A stretch of DNA of 64,000 bases from Moniliella sp. 'wahieum' (lineage: Eukaryota). Of the stretch, positions 50,901 to 61,193 are shown piece by piece; positions within the stretch are counted from its first letter, which is position 1; each line of letters starts with the position of its first letter. Position numbers and translations under genes: made by a program. The notes under the pieces were generated by a model. The model did not search any database. It was given only the letters and a program-made list of their open reading frames with translations, and was not told the origin of the DNA. The DNA lies in contig RSEE01000052.1 of NCBI GenBank assembly GCA_003971905.1, positions 310,001-374,000 on the forward strand, read 5' to 3'.

Positions 50901-51034
50901 GCGGGGAGCAGTTCGACTTGGTGATCAGCGGCAAGAATTTGGGCGACAAGCGAAGGGGCAAGTACTCGCTCCAGACCAGCTGCATGGTCCGTTCTAATGG
51001 CGCGCTGAGCCAGCTCAAGCAACGCCAAAAGTAA
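47969..51034 (+). CDS. IML2/TTC39 family TPR protein with Pro-rich N-terminal region; start uncertain, frameshifted
   Basis: ALSLFFNSE, LNLRSVYASY, DEDFRSGVYLGNGL...GYTGD, WDLCLSHL, WSKAGYNY, AGKSVPLDKFVVRKA, GKYSLQ; intron ~49179-49265. Confidence 0.75.
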
Positions 51035-51744
51035 CCTTAGCCGCCGTCCCGGCGCTCGTGTCGTTGGCACTCCTTGCACCCGCCCGCCTGTTCATGGCAT
51101 TCTCTGTCCTCTCATCGATCCTCAGTCTCGCATCCAGTGCCCTCTCACCCCGATTGCCCGTGGCCATGGGCACGGCAATCCAACGTACACTATTGTCCAA
51201 ACAGCGTCTGCGACAGACAGGATGACAGGAGAGAAGGTGGAGTAGATGCCTGTCAGTATACTAGCACGCACATTCGATCTGTGGACTGCGGCTCAGCGTC
51301 AACCAACCTTCAACGCGAACGGCAGTTGCAAGTCTACCACAGGCACCTCGTAGATCCGTAAACGACGCTTCAATGGACTTCCAGGTTTCCACTCCCGGCA
51401 GACGACTCAGTGCTCAATACCAATGCTTGGTCTGCGCGTTGACGACGCTTGCTATATCACACATGTGTCCTTTTTTCGCCTGGCATCTTCCCCCACGCGA
51501 TGTTGCCCCTTCTGTTGGTAACCGACCGAGATGGGCAATATCCAAGTAACCACATAACCCCAAATTTTGGTGTGGTCGGCACGGGAAGGCGCCTTGAGCA
51601 CCTATGTGTCTGTCCAACGTACTCACGCTGCCTCCCCCTTTTGGCTCCAAAGCAATGCCATTAAAAAAGGACATGAGGGCGGAAGAAACGATAGGGAGGG
51701 AACGGAAAAAATAAGACAGAGATGCTCGACAGGACGCTTACGCG

Positions 51745-53080
51745 TTACGGGACAAAGTTGCTTTGGAACAGCAGTTGAACCAGATCCGGCTCGTGCTCAT
51801 AAAAGTCCAGGACAAAAGTGGCCATCAGCCGAGGCAATGTCGCCTGGTGGTGTGTTTTGCCACCGGTGGCCTGGGACAAATGCAAGTCCGCCACATAGTC
51901 CCGCAGACGCGCATTGAGGCCTTGTACCACATGGCCCCGTTGGCTGCGTAGGGAGGCAAGGCGAGCGGTAGGGAAGCTACTGATACAAAGTTCAACCCCA
52001 GTGTGGCGGGGTCCGAGCCAACCTGGTTCAAGAGGGACTTGATCAACTCAAACTTTTCACCCAACCCACCCATGGTGCCGATCCATACCAGTCCTGGGTG
52101 ACCACCTTCTGCCCACTGGGAAGATCGTAGGAGAAGATTTCTTTGGACGAGTTGGGCCAAATGAGGGGATGGATCCACCCGGTTGGTCGCCGACGATCCA
52201 TACCGAGAAATGAGGATCAGTTTGCCCCGTGCTTCGCCCAGGGTGGGTACCTTGGTCTCTAAGAACCACTTGGACTTGTTGGGCGCCAGGTACACCTGTT
52301 CAAAACACTCTTGCATCACCCGCGCATCCGCCTCGGGTTTCATCGAACAAAAACGCACTCCCCCTTGCCCGGTCCAGCAAGGAACGCATACCCTTCTCCA
52401 GCGCCTCGCCCAGTTCAATCTTTGATCCTGGATTCCGTGGTAGGCATGAGCTTCTGTTCCTTGGGGGCGACCTGCGCGTCATCACCGCCCCCGGGCGGTT
52501 TCGCAGTCACACGCACGTCGAGGAAGCGGATACCGTCCTGGAGCTGCTTGGTCACCGTCGCTCCGGACGACTGGCAAGCGGAGATGGGGTAGCCAACACG
52601 CGAAAGAGACTCGTGGGTGCCCGGAAGGCAGAGCGCACTAAGCGGCGTCGCGTCGGGCAGCTGTGCCATCCAAGCGGCGGAATGGACCTGGTTAAAAAGG
52701 AGGACGTGCACCTCGAGGGACTCGCCAAGCCCGGGACGCGTCTGCACCGCAAACACTTGGGGCGTCGCCGTCTTGGTCTCGACTTGCATCCATTCATGTT
52801 GGCCGTTGGCAGGGGCCGCATTGTTGAACCACTTGGCCTGCGCCTTGGTCTCCAGCTGCAGCACCGTCACCCCATGCGGGCCTGAGACGGAGACCTCGGC
52901 CACCACCCCCTCGGCAGCCTTGGAGTCGGGGCTGAGCTCGATCTGGGAGGTGGCAGGCGAGCGAGGCGGCGGGCTGGCCGGCGCCAGCAAGGGTGACGAT
53001 GAGCGGGTGGGCGGTGCGGTTGTGGAAGACGAGCGGGATGGCGTGCGGGTGGGAGTCGGCGGGGCGGGCGTGGAAGGCAT
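51745..53080 (-). CDS. Phosphatidylinositol-specific phospholipase C, X-domain (bacterial-type PI-PLC), frameshifted
   Basis: WMAQLPDATPLSALCLPGTHES, CQS...QLQDGIRFLDVR, PTLGEARGKLILISR, LGLNFVS, FVLDFYE...LVQLLFQSNF*. Confidence 0.85.
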
Positions 53081-53569
53081 GGCCGGAGCCAGAGCCGGTG
53101 TCGGAGTGGACGGAGCCAATGCCGCCAGGGATGGTGCTCGACATGGAGGGCGGTGGGGGTGGGGGTGGGGGGGGCGGCGCACGGGCCGGTGGGGGGGGAT
53201 GTGCACCCGGAGGCTGTGTGCGTGGTCCGTGCGCCGGGCACTAACGTGCGGGACGGCTCTGGGCGGGAGGCTTTGTGGCTGCTGGCGTTACTAGTTACTG
53301 GCCGTCGCGAGTAAGCGCTTACCCTAACGCCCAGTTGAAACATTCAGTCTGCCAGTTGAACGTTGCAAGGGGCAGCCCTGAAATTTCAGGGCCACGTCGA
53401 GGCGCCGGCCAGACAAAGCAGCGCCGCTGGCCTCGTCCGCTGCCAGCCTCACCAGTCACTAGTCACACGCCGCATCGGCCTCATCGTCGCGCCGGCGGAG
53501 CATGCAGGCTGGCCGCCGATCGCTGATCCCGCCAACCGCCTCCCGCGCTGCTCCGCCATCCCCCCGGCG

Positions 53570-56500
53570 ATGGAGCCCATGCTCGCTGTGTCCGCCAGCG
53601 GCTCGGCCTGCTCTTCCGCGTGCGCGCCGCACAGGCCCTCCTGCTGCTCGCCACCGTCTTCGCCACGTGTGTGCGCGTGCCCCTGCGGCGGTTGGCACAT
53701 GCTGTATGTGCATCCTGCCTCACCCGCTTCGCCAGCGTTCCCGTCCCTGTTGACGCCGAGTCTCATGCCCAGATCGCAGCTTCTGTCTCCCGGAGAGCTC
53801 CCAATCCGCCCTGGCCTCCTCCTCCTCCGCCGCTGCTGCCCCCCCGCCGGCACTGGTCTCGACGCCGCCCCAGGCCCGATCCCGGTCATTGTCCTCGTTC
53901 GCAGCCGCCGCCGAGTCTGGACGCTGGTCGCCCTTCTCGTTGTGGCCACAAGCTATGTCAATCAGGCGCCCTTGTGGTGCTCCGTGCCATTTTCCCCTTT
54001 GGCAACACGCGGGTCTGGCAGCCGGACTTGCCTCTGTGGCATGCGCTCGACCTCCAAGCATGGGGGGGCGCCTTGGCCTCAGTCACCACGGCACTGGCCA
54101 TTCTTTTCGAGGAGCGTACTCGTCACTGCCAAGGGGATTATGGGCGCGGCAAAGTCGTCGTTGGGGCGTTGGGGGCATGGTAACTGACGCGATCCTCTTC
54201 ATTGCCCTTCTCTCCGCTCGTGCATCCCCCAGCGACCCAAAGGACCCCGAAGACACGTTGGAGTGGGCTGTCCCCCAATTGGTCCTGCTTGCCATCCGCT
54301 TCCTGCTCGTCTACCCTATGTATTGCTTCTTGTCGCGTGACAGAGTCGACTTTGTGCCTGCAGCTGAAGCCGCTGCCAACGCAGACATTGAGGAGCCCAC
54401 CGAGGGCGATGTTTTTACCACCCCAGGCTTTAAATCCAGGGTACGGGGCGGCTGGTTCTTCGTCCCAAGTCCCAGACAACAAGGCCGACGCTGCACCTCC
54501 CCTCAACTTTCCTCCAAGCCACCTTCCTCACACGTATTTTCAAACGGCTCTGGAAACTATTTCCGTATCTGTGGCCCAAGGAGCTGCGGTTGCAACTCTA
54601 TGTCGGTCTCTCGATCCTCATGCTTCTCTTCAACCGAGTAATCAACTTCTACACTCCCCTTGCGTATTGTGGGAGAACTGAGTGGGGCGACATCAATCCC
54701 ATGGACTGCTATCACCACCTATGTGGCATTGCGCCTGACCCAGTCGACCATGCTGTTTGTCCAGCGGATCCCCTGGTTTAGTCTTGGGGTTCACACCTCC
54801 TATCAACTCGGTATCCTTGCTTTTGATCACATTATGCAGCTCCCCATGAGCTTTCATGCGCACCGCAATACGGGCGAACTGCTCCGTGTGCTTGATCGTG
54901 GATCGGCTATTGATGATCTCTTCCGAAGACTGATGTACGATGGTGTCCCGATCATCCTAGATATCGGGGTCGCGGTGGCGTGGTGCGCTCACGTTTACTC
55001 TATTGGCGTCAGTGCTGTTTTGCTTCTTGTCACGGCGTGCAACATTATTGTCAGTGTCAAGATGTCGTCCTGGCGCGCTGGGCTACGACGCGAGATGAAC
55101 AGCCTCGACAGCAAAGCTCGTTCAATCCACACCGACGCACTTCTCTGCTGGCACACGGTAGCCACCTTTGCCAACGAACCGTATGAATCGCGTCGATATG
55201 GCTCAGCATTGTCGCTACCTCCAATCACAGCGGATCGTGACCTTGTCCCTCGGCCTCCTCAACTGGGTCCAGCAGTGCATTCTCTGCTCTGGCATGTTGA
55301 TTACCTACCTCATTGTCGCCCACACTGTTGTGCAAGGTAAAGCGACCCCAGCCCAGTTTGTCCAGTTCACGGCGTACCTCGTTCAACTCTATACACCAAT
55401 TACCTCCTCCATGGCCTACTATACGGCGGCGCAGCAAAACATGACCGATTCGGAAAAGCTGTTGGATCTGTTGGCGCTGAACTCGGATGTGGGGGACGTA
55501 CCGGGGGCCAAGGATCTGGTCGTGACAGACGGGGTGATTGAATTTCGTGATGTGTACTTCACCTATCCACGCCCCCTGGGTCTGACGAGAGTCACGTTGA
55601 ACAAATCTATGCCTTGGAAGGGCTCAACTTGACCCTTCCCGCCCACTCTGCTTGCGGGCTTGCGGGGCCATCGGGTTCGGGAAAGTCGACAATCATGCGT
55701 TTGCTTCTACGTTTCTATCACCCTCAACGTGGCCAAATCTTGATTGATGGTCAGGACATCCGCAACGTCACTCTTCGCTCGCTCCGTCAAGCCTGGGGTG
55801 TGGTGCAACAAGACCCGTCTCTGTTCAACGCGACCATCCTGCAGAACATTTCCTACGGCCGGCCAGGGGCCTCGGTCGAGGAGGTGATCGCAGCTGCTCG
55901 GCACGCGCAGATCTGGGATCGAATCGCGCGTTTCCCCGCTGGGCTCGATACGGTCGTTGGGGAGCGGGGAGTTCGATTGTCCGGAGGCGAGATTCAACGA
56001 GTCGCATTGGCTCGTGCTTTCTTACGGAATGCGCCCCTTCTTATGCTGGATGAAGCATCCAGTTCGCTCGACTCTGCGACGGAGAAGCAACTGCAATATG
56101 CACTGCACACTTTACTGCAGGGCCGCACTTCCTTTCTATTGCCCACCGTCTGTCAACAACGATCAACTCGAACGTGATCTTCTTCATTAAGGATGGCCGC
56201 AAGGTCGAGCAAGGCTCGCATGAGGAACTGCTGGCTATGGAAGACGGGGAATACAGACGCATGTGGCTCAAGCAAGTCCTCACTGAGCGACAACAACAAG
56301 ATTTGGACCAAAAGAGCAAGGGCAAATCTTCGACTCGATCAGAACAGAGTTTGATTCCTTCGGACCCAGGCTCTTCGCCCCCGGCTTCATCTGCCCTTGC
56401 CCAAGGTCCGTCTTCACCAGTACCTTTACCCCTCGCTAGGGCTGCAGAGATGTCCTCTTCGCCTGGGGCACGGCAAGTTCGCCCCTGGAAGGTCCGGAGG

Positions 56501-56659
56501 CGGGAGTGGTGGCCCCAGTTGCCCAACTCGCCCGCTGCTGCTGGTCTGGATGCTGCCCCGCTCGATCGTTCTTCACCGGAAGAGCCTGCTCCTGCTGACC
56601 GCCATCTTCCCCCTCGGAACCAGAGCTGGAGGTCAAGGCCCGGCATAGCAAGGTCGTAG
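53570..56659 (+). CDS. ABC half-transporter, HMT1/ABCB6-like (heavy-metal tolerance type), frameshifted
   Basis: N-terminal extra TM region; FHAHRNTGELLRVLDRGSAI; Walker A GPSGSGKST; signature LSGGEIQR; Walker B LMLDEASSSLD. Confidence 0.85.
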
Positions 56660-57051
56660 GCTCCCTCTCTCGGGGAAGGAATGACAGCAAGAAAGGAAAA
56701 CGAGTAAGTCAACGCACCCACTCTCCTTTTCAATGCTGTTGTCTAATTTCTGACTCTTCCATTTAGCATTCTCGGAAAAAGTAACGTTTCGCCCAGTGTT
56801 CGTTTTGCAAAGTGCTTTCTTTGGATTGATCGATTATCTTGTTTCTCGTCGAAGCCCCCGCCTCTGGCTCATACCCTCAACTTTACATTTGTTCGGCTTG
56901 CTACTTGTCGACAACTTCACGCATGAACCTTTTGTGATCGCTCTACATTGTCAACTGCACACTGGACCTGTTATCCAAGCTTCAATCTCAGATATTGGGA
57001 TCGATAGGGTAGATCAGAGGTGTATTAGTAGTCTGACTCCTAGGAATGGCT

Positions 57052-59025
57052 TCACCCAAACCGTGCTAGGCGCCGCCGGCGCATTTCTTCAGGAGAAACG
57101 TCTTCCTCATCCTCTTCCGTACCCGAGGCCGTCTGGCTTGCCTCTTCCGCCTTGGCCGGCAAACTGGGCTGGGATAGATGCCTCCCCAGCTGCCTCGCGT
57201 GAACTGCAGCTGCTGCTTCTGCCCTCATCTGGGCGATGCGCAACACATCCGCCGGAGCCTGACCCGAGACGGAACCAGTGGCTGGACTGCCGGATCCACT
57301 GCCAGCTTCCGAAGCACGTAGGCTGGTGGCAAATCGGTCTTGCTGGCTGACCAGCGCGGCGTGAGATGGATCGGTCTGCAAACGCTCCAGAGCACTGTAT
57401 CGCCCATACTAGCGGCCAAAGCGGCTTGGAGAGCGGCATCTTCGTCATCGTATGTCCGATCATTGGAGGTGCTGAACGAGGTTTCAGGGACTAGGGACCG
57501 ATCCGCCCCACTTTCCGCTCCATACGCTCGGTCGGCCGCTGCAAACTGGGCAGCGACACGGTCCCACATGGCCTGTTGCATCCGCAAACGTGTCGTTCGC
57601 ATCCTCGAGGTCATCAAATCAACGTCATCGTACCCTGCTGCCATCTGCTGAGCCGTATCTTGCTCCTCGAACAGATCCCGAGCCCTCTCGCCCCGTCCAT
57701 TGCGTCTTCGTTGACGGAGCCGACGTTGGTCATGCTTGACGAGCCCACAGGGGCCGAACCGGTTGGCTCCCCAGACCTTTCCTCTGAACGAGCAGTGGTA
57801 CTCAGGTTCACATACTCCACGTCCCGAGTCGCTCTCCCGCCCTGCACCGTCCTCCGCACCGCGGGGTGAGCAAAGGGAGACCGGGCAGAGCTGGACAAGA
57901 GATCCCCAACCGATCCTTCCCTCTCTACGCTCTGCCCCAGATCCATCCCGGTGCCCCTTCGAGACGCAGAGTAGATGAGAGGGAGGTACCGGCACCCATG
58001 CTGGTGGATGCCTCGGAGAGAAGACAAGCTCAGCACCTGTCGCGCTGAGCTCCGAAGCCGGTTCATCGAAATCGGTCGGATCGAGCTGGGCATCATGGCA
58101 TCCTCATCTCCACCCGGTCATCCGAGTCGGGGAGGTCAGTGCTGCTGCGTCGGCGGTTGCGCCGTCTCCGGCGCCGCCGTTGGGCCCGAGGAGGGAGGTG
58201 GGATGCCTTTCTGCCGTAGGACCACTGGAGGAGTAGCACAGCAGCGGGAATCGGTCCAGTACCTACATCGGAACCACGATGGGGAAACCTGGGCGTCGGC
58301 CAAACTAGCTTGGAGCGCAGCCTGCAGTTCCAGTCTTCCTGGTCCGACCCAGTCAGATCGATGGGACTAGCACCACCCGAGGGGTTGGTAGATCGTTGTG
58401 ATGGTCCGGCATGCGCCACCGATTCAGCTGGCTGTCCCGGTGGTTGGAATAGATCCGCCAGCTCATCGGCCGTAGTGTGGTGGAAGGCATGTGCGGCCTC
58501 GTCCGAGTCGGGAATGACGACAAAAACGGTATATCGCTCGGCCTCGGAACACGCAGCAGTTCCGAGAGGTAGAGTGGCCCGATGGGCTGGGGGAGGGGAG
58601 AAGGAGTTGAGGTTGAACCAGAACTGGTTGGCTGATCCAAAGGAGCGGTAGGTGAACCAGTGGGACTCGAGGTTGAGCAAGAAGGCCAGCTGCAGCTGGG
58701 GCTCGGTACGGACATGGGCCATGGAAGGCGCAGCGAGGCGCTCGAGACGCAGCCCCACGCCTGAAGCGCAGTCTCAATCACAGCGACAGAAAAGAAGCCT
58801 GTGTCGTCCATGTTGGCAGTTCGGGGGTCAGCAGCACGTGCGGCGCTGCAACAGCCTCAGCGCCCAGCTCCTCCTCGTGGGCGTCGAGCACTTGGGCAAT
58901 GGAGGCAAGCTGGCTGGCATCCATGGCGGGGTGCTGAACCAGATTGTTAATGGCATGCTGAGCGCACAGCATCGACCCAGGCTCTTGCCGCTCGTGTATA
59001 CATTGGCGGCCAGGTGGGAGGCCAT
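57052..59025 (-). CDS. Ataxin-3-like deubiquitinase (Josephin + UIM + C-terminal VCP-binding motif), frameshifted
   Basis: HERQEPGSMLCAQHAINNL (catalytic Cys), MDDTGFFSV, SHWFTYR (His), WFNLNS (Asn); UIM DEDAALQAALAASM; C-terminal EEMRRRRLARFG*. Confidence 0.88.
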
Positions 59026-59050
59026 CGTGGGCGGAAGCAGCGACGGACGC

Positions 59051-59092
59051 GGTGGTGGTGGTGGTGGTGGTGGTGGTGGCGGCGGCGGCGGC
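59051..59092. repeat. (GGT)n(GGC)n trinucleotide repeat just upstream of the ataxin-3 start
   Basis: ggtggtggtggtggtggtggtggtggtggcggcggcggcggc read directly. Confidence 0.9.
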
Positions 59093-59309
59093 GCTGGCCC
59101 CGAGAGGCAAGAAGGGAGGACTTGGAGGATCGATTGCGGACTGCGGCACGTGGTGTTGACGCGTTCATGCTCCGGGTCCATCCGGCCGCGGCCACGTTGC
59201 TGCCCATGAATGATTAATGACGCAATGACGTAATGCCCCGCTCCTGACCGAACCCACTCGAACGCCCGTCCGAGGGGTGGAGCACTAGGGTTGCGTCCAT
59301 TCAATCTTA

Positions 59310-59378
59310 TTCAATGTTCAACGTCCAATGTTCAATGTTCAATGTTCAATGTTCAATGTTCAATGTTCAATGTTCAAC
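59310..59378. repeat. (TTCAATG)n heptamer tandem repeat
   Basis: ttcaatgttcaacgtccaatgttcaatgttcaatgttcaatgttcaatgttcaatgttcaatgttcaac. Confidence 0.92.
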
Positions 59379-59762
59379 ATTCGATTTCGAATCGCTCATT
59401 CATCATTGGCAAACTGCAGCGCCTACAGCCCTTCAAGCTTCAACCTTCAACGTTCACATGTAACACAGACTTCTTGATACAGACACAGCGCCAAGCCCAC
59501 CGCCATGTTTGGGTCTTGGCAACGTGTCCGCCGATATCCAATGGTCCATGATATGGTTCCACTGCTTTGGCACAAAACATTCTTGTTGCAAGGTTATGAT
59601 GCGCCATGTCACGGTCATGTGCTCATTAATACTTGTAGGCCCCACTCAATATACTGTCACCATGTCACCCCATCTCATACATCATCTCATGGTCACTATT
59701 ATACTCATCATTGAGCTGCTGGTGACCGACGGTGTTAGTCGACACGCGTTGACAAAAAGTGA

Positions 59763-61193
59763 GTATCAAACTGGGCATTGAGGAAGTGTGCGCGTTTGAG
59801 GCCCTTCTGCGCCAAGTCCAGTACGTCTCTGTTAAGCCGTCGCATATATCGCCGCGGACCGGCATTTCTGCCACTCAGGATCTGGGGCAAGACAGGTTTC
59901 AAGAGGGTCGACGGGGTCGCGGATCGGCCGATTGTTCTCATCCCCCTTGTTCACGCAGTTATAGAGGCAGCGGACAACCCAGCTGGAAACCACACCTCGG
60001 TGCCGACTGTGGCCCTCAGTCCAATATCCCCCTTCTGTGGTGCCGTATATGTTGCGGGGCCGATTTCCAAAACCGCAACCATGCCGAACAGAATTTGTGT
60101 GTGCTCTCAGGAGGTGTGAAACAAAGCAAATAGCAGATCCAAACACACCTCGAGGGGCAGGTGGATCACGCTATCCAGGGTAACAATGCTGCATACGACC
60201 GGGAACGTGCCGCGACGGGCAACAGGGACCCCAGCTTCCAATGACTTTAATGACTCTGCTGCTCCTCTCATCAAGTGTCGCCGACAGACATGTTCGACAA
60301 TAAGGGTGAGAAGCCGCCCGTCTCCACACTCGTTCGTCGTCCCGGAAGGAATTTGCTTTACCGAACTGACAAAAAGGGCCGGGGTCATCGAGCTGAACCC
60401 ATTCATCGAGACAGACCATCTGAGTATAATACTAGGAAGATCTTTTTATGTGCCCCGCGCTGTCCCTGCCGCAGGTTGAGTAGCCAAGGACCAAAAATGG
60501 GTGTGGTATAATGAGCTCACGGTCGAGGATCTGGGCCGTTTCCAGCGGACGAACTGTGTCAAGGTGCGGGCACAGTACCTGGTGGACAAGGCGACTGTTA
60601 TCGCCACAAGCGAGATGATCGATGTGGATGAACTTGACTATCGAGCAGAACTGTCAGCCGAGTACAGCGCCTCTCCGCTGACTTTGTTAGGTCCTTGGGA
60701 CTGGGCAGAACCCGTGGGATGAGAAGGCTGCCTGGGTCGGGCACGGGCCGTACATCGGCACGGGCAACACGCATCGCTCGGGCTGTCGCATTTTGCCCGC
60801 GAGATCGATGACGGTGATGCGCCTGAAGAGTTTGCCCTACTCACGGCGAGTACGGATGAGTACTAAATCCGGCTGCGGTACAATTGCTCATCAAGTACTG
60901 ACACTGGGGGGACATTGACCACAGGATGTTGGCAGTGAGGCGCCTCTTCAGCACGCCTGCACCAAGAAGTGCATGATGGAGCAAGACGGCCAGAAAATAC
61001 TGGTGCACAACTACGAGAAGAACCCAGTCACGGGGGAGAACGAAACGATAGAGTATACTTCATTCCAGGGGCATCTCACGCTAAGGCCAAGAATGAAAAA
61101 GTGGCTGTGGTATTGAAGGCATACGCTATGCGAAGCCCACCCCACCACCAGTCGCACAGGGACTTGAGGATCAGCTGGAAGTTCCCCAACTGA
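59763..61193 (+). pseudogene. Decayed long reading frame of unknown family
   Basis: ORFs 59778, 60186, 60501 and 60969 share one frame and are joined by open sequence broken only by isolated stops (TGA 60117, 60477, 60720; TAA 60864; TGA ~60936). Confidence 0.4.

Noticed and set aside
24580..59025. Possible functional gene cluster (heme, light, metal: HEM12, WC-1, GDT1, ABCB6-like)
   Set aside because: Genes are interspersed with unrelated housekeeping genes and show no shared regulatory or biosynthetic-cluster signature.
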